Below are positions 7,990 through 15,946 of a DNA stretch of 24,000 nt, piece by piece (the first letter of the stretch is position 1; the number at the start of each line of letters is the position of its first letter). The notes beneath the pieces were generated by a model, which did no database searches, had not been told where the DNA came from, and was given only the letters and a program-made list of their open reading frames with translations. The position numbers and the translations under genes are program-made. Source of the stretch: Candidatus Finniella inopinata (lineage in GTDB: Bacteria; Pseudomonadota; Alphaproteobacteria; Paracaedibacterales; CAITNM01); the NCBI GenBank assembly GCA_943322985.2, contig CALPGA020000003.1, forward strand, positions 10,182 through 34,181, given 5' to 3'.

Positions 7990-9801
7990 TTAAACAGAAA
8001 TTGCTTTGGAAATTTGAGACGGTTCAAATTCAAGGTTTACGTAATTTCGGTACAGTCCTTCTTGACGCATTAATTCGTGGTGCGTTCCCATTTGTTCTAT
8101 GTGCCCATGGTTCAAGACCATAATTTTATCTGCTTCCATCACGGTACTTAAACGGTGCGCAATTACTATGGTTGTGCATTCAGCACTCAGCGCCTTTAAG
8201 TTTTGCTGCACAATAAAATCACTTTCGGCATCTAGTGAATTCGTTGCTTCATCTAGAAGCAAAATACTTGGGCGCCGTAACAATACGCGTGCCAAAGCAA
8301 GACGTTGTTTTTGCCCGCCGGACAGTCTAACACCTCGATGACCAACTTTTGTTTGCAGTGAATAAGGTAACTTTTCAACGAAATCTTTAAGGTGCACCAT
8401 TTCTAATGCTTGCCACAAATCATTTTCATCAACAGTATCAAGACCATATGCTAAGTTTTCAAAAATTGTTGTGGAAAAAATCACAGCATCTTGTGTTACT
8501 AAACCAAGTTGATGACGAATGTTATCAGCTGAGAGGTCTTTGTAATTCACGCCGTTAAGGTAAATATTACCAGAATTGGTTTCGTAAAATTTAAGTAGCA
8601 ATGAAAATATTGTGCTTTTCCCAGCACCAGATGGACCAACAATGGCAACGGTTTCACCAGGAAGTACGCTTAAATTTAATTGATTTAGAACAGTGGTTTC
8701 AGGGCGCGAAGAATACGCAAAACTCACCTGATGTATTGCAAGAATACCGTGATTTTGTATAAGACGTTGCTTGATAATGCTTTGCTTAGGTGTCTCTAGC
8801 TTCAGTATTTCTAATATTCTATCGCCTGCTCCTGCTGCGCGGTAAAAATCAGCAAAAAGTGCCGAAAATGATCCTAAAGCTCCACTTACCGCAACTGCAT
8901 AAAATAAAAATCCTAGCAAGTCTCCTTTGGTCATGGTTTGCTCAAAAACCATTTGTGCCCCAAGGTAAGCGATTACGCATAGGCCTGAAAAAATCAGCAC
9001 CATGGCAAAGCCAACTAATTTAGCCCGTGCTTTTGCTGACTTTAAAACAGCTTGAACGAAGTTGGTGTTATACCCGTGAAATGAAGAACGATCTTGTGCA
9101 GCATGGGAAAATAACAGCACGGTTTTAATATTGTTCAATGTTTCATCAATAAACTGAGCAAGGTCAGCCAGCACACCTTGAGCATAACGCCCGTGAACGC
9201 GAACAATTTTTCCAAAATAAACAACTGGTAACAATAGGGCAGGGACAATTACGCAGCTTAATACAAATAATTTTCCAGAGGTTGTTACCATCATGACGAT
9301 GCCACCTAGAATGATCAGTGCATTTCTTATGAAAATACCTAAGCTGTTTGTCAGTACAAGTTGCAATAAATTCATGTCACTTGTTAGGCGTGTAACTAAA
9401 TTTGCCGGTTGGTACTCTTCAAAAAAAGAAATAGGGAATTTAAGAATGTGATCAAAAAGATCATAGCGCAGACGAGCCATTAATTGTTCGCCAATCCAGC
9501 TAATGTAATAGGTGCGAGCGTAACTTGCTAAAGCCAGCAATACTACGCTAATCGCTAACCCTATTAAAACCCAACCGAAATAATCGGATCCTTTTGTTAA
9601 TAGTCCCGTATTGACTGAAAAACTTAAAAATTTTCCAAAACCAAGAACCATGCCGGCTGCGACACCAAGCATGACACAAGCTAGAATAATTGGTTTATAA
9701 AACGTAGAAACATATTTTCCCAGCAATGCCCATAATGTGCCTATAGGGGCCTTTGATTCATTTTTTGGCGTCACATCATCATAAAATGATTTTTCACGCA
9801 T
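7990..9801 (-). CDS. ABC exporter with fused permease and ATPase (ABCB type; MsbA-like or Atm1-like, unresolved)
   Basis: 603 aa with a 6-TM N-terminal half. Walker A GPSGAGKST, signature LSGGQKQRLALARVLL, Walker B ILLLDEATNSLD, H-loop IAHRLST. The ATG overlaps the cyaY stop (ATGCGTGA). Confidence 0.9.
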   Translation of the reverse strand: MREKSFYDDVTPKNESKAPIGTLWALLGKYVSTFYKPIILACVMLGVAAGMVLGFGKFLSFSVNTGLLTKGSDYFGWVLIGLAISVVLLALASYARTYYISWIGEQLMARLRYDLFDHILKFPISFFEEYQPANLVTRLTSDMNLLQLVLTNSLGIFIRNALIILGGIVMMVTTSGKLFVLSCVIVPALLLPVVYFGKIVRVHGRYAQGVLADLAQFIDETLNNIKTVLLFSHAAQDRSSFHGYNTNFVQAVLKSAKARAKLVGFAMVLIFSGLCVIAYLGAQMVFEQTMTKGDLLGFLFYAVAVSGALGSFSALFADFYRAAGAGDRILEILKLETPKQSIIKQRLIQNHGILAIHQVSFAYSSRPETTVLNQLNLSVLPGETVAIVGPSGAGKSTIFSLLLKFYETNSGNIYLNGVNYKDLSADNIRHQLGLVTQDAVIFSTTIFENLAYGLDTVDENDLWQALEMVHLKDFVEKLPYSLQTKVGHRGVRLSGGQKQRLALARVLLRRPSILLLDEATNSLDAESDFIVQQNLKALSAECTTIVIAHRLSTVMEADKIMVLNHGHIEQMGTHHELMRQEGLYRNYVNLEFEPSQISKAISV

Positions 9802-10060
9802 CTAGATCCTGCCTTAGAACGCTTTCAAGCTCTTTATCTGTTCTAGTGCATAACCATTTTCCTGAACGATATGAAAAATGATGCGCTCCAGTTATTGGGG
9901 AAGAAAACCAAATTTGTTCCATTGTGCCGTGATAATTTAAAAGAAATTGACCTTTTGGGCAGCTTATTAACAAAGCGCCTTCAACGTAATCTGCATCCCA
10001 ATTATTTTCTAAAGTATCAGATAAATCCTGGAGATATTTAAATGCGATAGTTTTATGCAC
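9794..10060 (-). CDS. cyaY: Frataxin-like iron-sulfur cluster assembly protein CyaY
   Basis: 88 aa. D.D..EGALLIS...GQFLLNYHGTMEQIWFSSPITGAHHFSY..GKW.C.R...EL..VL follows the CyaY/frataxin pattern. GTG start with no clear SD, so the start is somewhat uncertain. Confidence 0.8.
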   Translation of the reverse strand: MHKTIAFKYLQDLSDTLENNWDADYVEGALLISCPKGQFLLNYHGTMEQIWFSSPITGAHHFSYRSGKWLCTRTDKELESVLRQDLDA

Positions 10061-10070
10061 AGCTGCAGAT

Positions 10071-10838
10071 TCATTTCAGGACTTTTGCCCAATATACATG
10101 GGTAATATAGGGAAATTCAATCACCTCGTGATTTTTAAGTTGTTCGTGAGTTGTGCAAAGGTTTTTCATTTGTTGAGCTACCTCTTGTTTTTTGTGGTCA
10201 GGTAAGGCTGCAATAAAGCTCATGCCTAGTGCTTGGTGAGTAAGCGTTTCCTTGAAAAAATGATGAGAGTAATTGAATTGTTGATGCTGCAAAGCAGAAA
10301 AATGATCTTGATTATTAAATACCTTTTTCCATTTATCGAGATCAAAACGTACAATTTCGTCATGAGGATAGGAGAAAAGTATTTTATGATATTCATGAAC
10401 CCAATTCACTGCATCATTTCGTTCTTGAAATATTATTACTAGGTAGCCATTTTGTTTTAATACGCGAGCTATATCAGCAAGAGCAGACAGATTAGCAAAC
10501 CAGTGAAAAGCTTGAGCTACTAATACACCATCAAAAATATTATCCTTAAAAGGAATATCTTCTGCCCTTGATATTACGGAAGATAATTTTGGGTGTTTTG
10601 ATTTTAAAACTTTCAGCATATTTGGTAACCATTCTGTTACCATGGGGGCGAAGTCATGTTGTGCAAGCAGGTCAGTGAATTTTCCGGTGCCTGCAGCGAG
10701 CTCAAGCAACTTTGACGATGTTCTAAAGCCGAGATTTTTCTTGAAAAGTTCAACTACTGCATTTGGATAACCGGGCCGGCTTATTTCATAACTTTCAGAA
10801 CAGGTATCGAACGATTTTGCTAAAGAATTCACACTCAC
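10071..10838 (-). CDS. Class I SAM-dependent methyltransferase (Methyltransf_11-like)
   Basis: Motif I LELAAGTGKFT and post-II motif VLVAQAFHWF. The ORF-track start (10961) is not credible because codons 14-38 are a translated tRNA gene. The first plausible starts after the tRNA are GTG at 10838 or GTG at 10832. The next ATG lies after motif I. Confidence 0.75.
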   Translation of the reverse strand: MSVNSLAKSFDTCSESYEISRPGYPNAVVELFKKNLGFRTSSKLLELAAGTGKFTDLLAQHDFAPMVTEWLPNMLKVLKSKHPKLSSVISRAEDIPFKDNIFDGVLVAQAFHWFANLSALADIARVLKQNGYLVIIFQERNDAVNWVHEYHKILFSYPHDEIVRFDLDKWKKVFNNQDHFSALQHQQFNYSHHFFKETLTHQALGMSFIAALPDHKKQEVAQQMKNLCTTHEQLKNHEVIEFPYITHVYWAKVLK

Positions 10839-10846
10839 ACTTTCTT

Positions 10847-10922
<76 letters not shown>

Positions 10923-10938
10923 GGTATCTTCTGTTTTA

Positions 10939-10966
10939 AGTGTAAAACATTCTTGTGACAAGTCAA
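10939..10966 (-). promoter_or_regulatory. Candidate sigma-70-type promoter for tRNA-Ala and the downstream genes
   Basis: Minus strand reads TTGACT (10966..10961), a 16-nt spacer, then TACACT (10944..10939). The -10 hexamer ends 16 nt before the mature tRNA 5' end. By eye only. Confidence 0.3.
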
Positions 10967-11003
10967 AAACTTAATTATTAATAAAAAAAGCTTTGTGATT
11001 TTT

Positions 11004-11708
11004 ATGAACTGGGAAGATACGGGAATTGTTCTGAAGTACAGAACATATTCTGAAAAACAACTGATTGCTAGCGTGTTTACACAACAGCGTGGACGTGTAG
11101 ATGGGATGATCACGCGTACCAAATCATCTATGCCTCAACCTGGAGACTTGTGTTCTGTTTATCAGAAAGCAAGGCTTGAGCAACACTTGGGAACTTTTAA
11201 ACTAGAAACAAAGCAAAGTCATTCGAGTTTACAATTTTGTGATGCTTTGAGAGTTTACGCTCTTAAAACAATGCTGGAAATGTTAGGTTCGTTATTGCCT
11301 GAGCATCACCCATATTTAAATTTATGGAATAAGGCGAATGAAACGCTGCAGCTTTTTTATCACCCATCTGAAGCGATTAAAGCCTATTGCTTTTTTGAAG
11401 TGTTACTGATTGAGGAGTTGGGATTTGGTCTAAGCTTAGATTCTTGTGCAGTGACTAAATCGCTTGAAAACCTAACGCATGTTTCACCGAAGACAGGTTG
11501 TGCTGTTTGTTACGAAGCTGCACTACCCTACATTAACAGACTGCTAGTACTGCCTGATTTTCTAATTAATAAAAATTGTGCGCCTACAAAATTAGACTTT
11601 GTAAATTCATTACTTCTTACGGGACATTTTCTGGTGAATCATGCGAGTCATCACAAATCCTTACCAATAGCGCGTCAGGAATTGATGCAGAAGTTACGAT
11701 TAATGTAA
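11004..11708 (+). CDS. recO: DNA repair protein RecO
   Basis: MNWEDTGIVLKYRTYSEKQLIASVFTQQRGRVDG is the canonical RecO N-terminal OB-fold start. ATG at 11004 is preferred over the ORF-track GTG at 10995. There is a Cys pair (C..C) in the central region. Confidence 0.88.
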   Translation: MNWEDTGIVLKYRTYSEKQLIASVFTQQRGRVDGMITRTKSSMPQPGDLCSVYQKARLEQHLGTFKLETKQSHSSLQFCDALRVYALKTMLEMLGSLLPEHHPYLNLWNKANETLQLFYHPSEAIKAYCFFEVLLIEELGFGLSLDSCAVTKSLENLTHVSPKTGCAVCYEAALPYINRLLVLPDFLINKNCAPTKLDFVNSLLLTGHFLVNHASHHKSLPIARQELMQKLRLM

Positions 11709-14700
11709 GGAGGCTGCTTTTTTTGAATTTTTGCGTTCTTCAATCCAAACGTAAAAAAGTGGAGTGATATATAATGTCAACCATTGGGAAAGTAATAATC
11801 CGCCAATAATACAAACACCCAAAGGTTGCCTAAGCTCAGCACCTGATCCTTGTCCGAAAGCAATAGGAATAGCGCCTACAATAGCTGCAAAGGTCGTCAT
11901 CATAATAGGGCGAAACCGCCTAGCGCATGCTTCTATAATAGCTTCTTTAGCAGATAAATTCTTTGTTCGTTGTTGTTCAAGGGCATAATCGATCATCATA
12001 ATCGCATTTTTTTTAACAATGCCAATGAGTAACACAATACCGATAATGCCAATAACATCTAAATCAAATCTAAATAGCCACAAAAATATCAGTGCACCTA
12101 ACCCAGCACTTGGTAATCCTGTCAAAATTGTAATTGGATGGCGATAGCTTTCATACAGAATTCCTAAGATAATGTAGATGGTGAATACAGTTGCTAAAAT
12201 CAACATTAGTTGCCCACCTTGTGATTCTTTGAATGCTTGTGCGGTCCCTTGGTATACACTGGCAACAGTTGTTGGCATTTTTAATTCTTGTTCAGCTTCC
12301 TTGATAATAGCAATGGCCTTACTTAAGCTCATGCCTGGTTTAAGGTTGAAAGATATTGTGGCTGCAGCTAAACGATTCAAGTGATTCACGGTAAGAGGTG
12401 CATTTTTTCGATCAATTGTTGCAACTGAAGTTAATGGTACTAAGGTTCCATCATCTGCTGTGACATATAATTTTGACAAATCATGCAGCGTTTCTGCTTC
12501 TTTTTTTTCTAAGGCTAGAATTACTGGATAGGTGTTTGATTCAGTATAAATCGTAGATACTTGGGTATCGGCATAAGCATATGATAGTGCTTCGGTAATT
12601 TTTTGAATAGATAAGCCAAAACGAGTTGCACGGTCGCGGTCAATTTTTACATCAGCCTGCAAGCTATTCATTTTTAAGTCTGAATTAACATCCAAAAAAC
12701 CAGGTGACTTTCCAATTCTTGTTTCCATTTTTCCAGCAAATTCAGAAAGTACTTTAAAGTCTTGTGATTGAAGTGTGTATTGATATTGGCTTTTTGAAAG
12801 AGATGCGCCAACTCGCAAATTTTGCACAGGCTGCATTGATATTTTTAAATCCTGCACATCTGTAAATTTTGATCTCAATCCTTTCATTACCATTTCAATA
12901 GACTCTCGCTTTTCTAATGGTTTTAGCTTTATAAAAAAACGTCCTTCATTGTTAGCAACAGTAGTACTTGATGCTCCAATAGAACAATTGTAACAATCGA
13001 CATTGGAATCATCATTTAATATTTGTATAAGCTTTTCCTCAGTTTTTTTCATGGAATCAAATGATGTTCCTGGAAGCACCTCTCCAATTCCATAAATAAG
13101 TCCTGTGTCTTCATTTGGGAAAAAACCTTTTGGGATAAAAATGTAAAAAATTATATTGATAACAAAAATACTTAAAACAAAAGTTATAATATGTTTTTGA
13201 AAACGAAACATAGTTTTTAACGTTTTAGCGTATGCTTGTGCCATTTTGTCATAGATTTCTTTGAACCATAGCAGAGCTGAATTTTTGCTTTCTTTATGAT
13301 CTGTTGTCATGTATTGACTTAGCATTGGAATGAGAGATAACGATACAAATCCAGATGCTAAAATTGCAACAGTAATTGTTATTGCAAATTCGTGTAGCAG
13401 CCTTCCAATAATACCTGACATAAACAACACAGGAATGAACGCAGCAATTAAAGACAGCGTCATTGAAATAACAGTAAATGAAATTTCCTTAGATCCTTTT
13501 AAGGCTGCTTCATATGGTGACAAACCGCGTTCACGATGCACCATAATGTTTTCAAGTACTACAATCGCATCATCTATCACAAAACCCGTAGCAAGTGTCA
13601 GCGCCATTAGCGTAAGGTTATTCAAGCTAAAGTGCAAAAAATACATAGCAGAAAAAGCTATCACTAATGATATTGGTAAGCTAAGAGCTGGTATAAGAGT
13701 TGCTTGAATATTTCTTAAAAATAAAAAGATAACAAGAACTACCAGTGCAATGGTCATTAACCCGGTAAGCTGTATTTCTTTTACAGAATCTCGAATTGAA
13801 ATGGTTCTATCAACAAATATTTGTAAGTCTAAACTTTGAGGTAACTGTTTTTGAATTTCAGGTAAAACTTCTTTTATCCTATCAGCCACACTAATTGCAT
13901 TTGACCCTGGTTGCCGACTAATAGCTAAAAGAATACTGCGTTTACCATTAAACCAAGCTGACGAATAAATGTTATCAACATCATCAACTACCGTCGCAAC
14001 ATCTTTTAAACGTAAGTTTGTATTTTTGTTAACAAGTATTTCACTAAATTCTTTTGCATTCTTTAACTGAGATTCGGGCAAAAGCATAAATGCTTGAGAT
14101 GGTCCCTGTAAAATACCCGAAGCTCCATTTATATTTGCTTGTGCAATGTTAGTGGCAATTAGATCAAGGCCAATTTCTCTTGTTTTAAGCAATTCAGGTT
14201 TAACATATACACGTACTGCATATCGTTGTTGACCTATTACATCAACTTGAGCTACGTCAGGTAGCATTGATAAGCGATTGACGACAAAATTTTCTGCAAA
14301 GTTATTAAGCTGCCAAATTGGCATTGAATCAGAATTCATGGCTAAAATAATAATCGGTTGTTCGGAAGGGTTAAGTTTCTTAAATGTTGGCAATGCTGTC
14401 ATATTACTAGGTAAATTAGCTTGGGCTGTAGAAATTGCAGAACTTACATCTTGAGCAGCTGAGTTTAAATCAATATCTAACCCAAATTGTAATGTTATCT
14501 GAGTGATGCCTTGTGCATTTGAAGAAGTCATTGCATCAAGACCGGCAATAGCGGAAAATTTTTGTTCAAGAGGTAATGAAACAGCTTGCGCCATTGTTTC
14601 TGGGCTTGCACCAGATAGCTTTGCGCTTACTTGAATAACAGGAAATTCTATCTTTGGTAAAGCACCTACGGGCAATGCTCTATATGCAAAGCAACTCATT

Positions 14701-14768
14701 AACACCAACCACACCATCAGTAGAGTGGTCATAACTGGACGCTTGATAAAAAGTGCTGAAATATTCAT
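11700..14768 (-). CDS. RND efflux transporter, inner-membrane permease (HAE1 family, MdtB/MdtC/AcrB-like)
   Basis: 1022 aa. N-terminus FIKRPVMTTLLMVWLVL...LPVGALPKIEFPVIQVSAKLSGASPETM and VIDDAIVVLENI are RND hallmarks. The ATG overlaps the adaptor stop (ATGA). Confidence 0.93.
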   Translation of the reverse strand: MNISALFIKRPVMTTLLMVWLVLMSCFAYRALPVGALPKIEFPVIQVSAKLSGASPETMAQAVSLPLEQKFSAIAGLDAMTSSNAQGITQITLQFGLDIDLNSAAQDVSSAISTAQANLPSNMTALPTFKKLNPSEQPIIILAMNSDSMPIWQLNNFAENFVVNRLSMLPDVAQVDVIGQQRYAVRVYVKPELLKTREIGLDLIATNIAQANINGASGILQGPSQAFMLLPESQLKNAKEFSEILVNKNTNLRLKDVATVVDDVDNIYSSAWFNGKRSILLAISRQPGSNAISVADRIKEVLPEIQKQLPQSLDLQIFVDRTISIRDSVKEIQLTGLMTIALVVLVIFLFLRNIQATLIPALSLPISLVIAFSAMYFLHFSLNNLTLMALTLATGFVIDDAIVVLENIMVHRERGLSPYEAALKGSKEISFTVISMTLSLIAAFIPVLFMSGIIGRLLHEFAITITVAILASGFVSLSLIPMLSQYMTTDHKESKNSALLWFKEIYDKMAQAYAKTLKTMFRFQKHIITFVLSIFVINIIFYIFIPKGFFPNEDTGLIYGIGEVLPGTSFDSMKKTEEKLIQILNDDSNVDCYNCSIGASSTTVANNEGRFFIKLKPLEKRESIEMVMKGLRSKFTDVQDLKISMQPVQNLRVGASLSKSQYQYTLQSQDFKVLSEFAGKMETRIGKSPGFLDVNSDLKMNSLQADVKIDRDRATRFGLSIQKITEALSYAYADTQVSTIYTESNTYPVILALEKKEAETLHDLSKLYVTADDGTLVPLTSVATIDRKNAPLTVNHLNRLAAATISFNLKPGMSLSKAIAIIKEAEQELKMPTTVASVYQGTAQAFKESQGGQLMLILATVFTIYIILGILYESYRHPITILTGLPSAGLGALIFLWLFRFDLDVIGIIGIVLLIGIVKKNAIMMIDYALEQQRTKNLSAKEAIIEACARRFRPIMMTTFAAIVGAIPIAFGQGSGAELRQPLGVCIIGGLLLSQWLTLYITPLFYVWIEERKNSKKAASLH

Positions 14769-15898
14769 TGTTTTGCTTTTGCAGTTATACCATCTTTGAT
14801 GCGAATTTGCCCTTCGGTCACAACAATATCACTTTCTTGTAACCCACTCTCAATAACAATAGTTTTTTCTAAAGTGTCTTTTATTTTAATATTTTTCTTT
14901 TTAACTTTTTTGGTTTTCTGGTCAAATGTGTAGACATAACTTCCTTCTTGACCAATTAGAACTGCATCATTTGGCACAACAAGAACGTCTTTATAGGAGT
15001 CTAATTCAAGAGAACCATTTACAGACATGCCCGGTCGTAAATGCAAATTTTTGTTTTCAACAGATACTTTTAAAGAAAATACTCCGGATTTAGCATTTAC
15101 TCCTTGATCAATAGCACTAGGTTTACATGCGTTACTGACAGATTTTTGATTAATATCAGTAAGAGTTATTTTAATATTATCCATGCTGTTGTTCAGCACT
15201 TGAGATAAATATTTTTCTGGTATATCAAAAATCACATCAATGGGATCAATCTGAACAATAGAAACTAAAGGCATATCCTCTGACTGACGCACAAATGCAC
15301 CTGGCTCAGCTTTTACAAAGCCTGCTATACCATTCATGGGAGATTTTATTTGTGCATAGCCTATCTGCAACTTTAATGAATCAATTTGAGCTTTATCGGC
15401 ATCTAAATTAGCTTTATTACTTTTTAAGGTTGCTTCCAATTTATCAACTGCCGATTGGGTTACAATGCTTTTTTTGACAAGAATTTGATAGCGTTTCATT
15501 TCTTTTTCAGATTGTGCCAAAAGTGCGGTATTTTTTTCAGCACTTGCTTCAATTTGTTTTAATTGATTTTGCAAAAGATCATCATCAATACTGAACAGTA
15601 ATGCGCCTTCTTCAACAACTTGTCCTTCATTAAAATGTATTTTTTTGATTTGCCCATCTACGCGATTGCGAATTAACACTTCAGCGTGAGCTTTTAATAT
15701 GGACGGAACTTTAATTATTTGAGGAATAGTTTGCCGTTTAACATAAGCGATTGTTACGGTAGGGACATTAACAGCAACGGAACTTGAACTGCTAACGAAA
15801 AACCATATCAAAAAACATACAGCAACAGCTCCAGAACCAATAAAGCTTTGGTGTCTTTTGTCAGCTTTTTGCCAAATGGCATATAAATGGTATTTCAT
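14765..15898 (-). CDS. RND efflux periplasmic adaptor (membrane fusion protein)
   Basis: 377 aa with an N-terminal TM/signal anchor. It has a lipoyl-like and coiled-coil hairpin region (LQNQLKQIEA...LDADKAQIDSLKLQIGYAQIKSPMNGIAG) and a beta-barrel C-terminus. Translationally coupled to the RND permease. Confidence 0.88.
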   Translation of the reverse strand: MKYHLYAIWQKADKRHQSFIGSGAVAVCFLIWFFVSSSSSVAVNVPTVTIAYVKRQTIPQIIKVPSILKAHAEVLIRNRVDGQIKKIHFNEGQVVEEGALLFSIDDDLLQNQLKQIEASAEKNTALLAQSEKEMKRYQILVKKSIVTQSAVDKLEATLKSNKANLDADKAQIDSLKLQIGYAQIKSPMNGIAGFVKAEPGAFVRQSEDMPLVSIVQIDPIDVIFDIPEKYLSQVLNNSMDNIKITLTDINQKSVSNACKPSAIDQGVNAKSGVFSLKVSVENKNLHLRPGMSVNGSLELDSYKDVLVVPNDAVLIGQEGSYVYTFDQKTKKVKKKNIKIKDTLEKTIVIESGLQESDIVVTEGQIRIKDGITAKAKQ

Positions 15899-15946
15899 TC
15901 GCCAATGATATCACTTGAACAATTAAAAAAATCTTAATTCCAAAGA

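Noticed and set aside
10995-11003. GTG start of the recO ORF (MIFMNWED...).
   Set aside because: RecO proteins normally begin right at M-x-W-x-D-x-G-I-V-L. The ATG at 11004 gives exactly that, so the upstream GTG extension is unnecessary.
13330-13707. Plus-strand ORF of 125 aa inside the RND permease gene.
   Set aside because: Antisense shadow ORF of a strongly supported 1022-aa gene, with no motif support.
15899-15946. Possible terminator or promoter in the flhA-to-RND gap.
   Set aside because: The only hairpin is 6 bp of A/T with no U-tract, and the -35 region for the TGATATCAT element is poor. It is kept only as an alternative within the RND finding, not as a feature.
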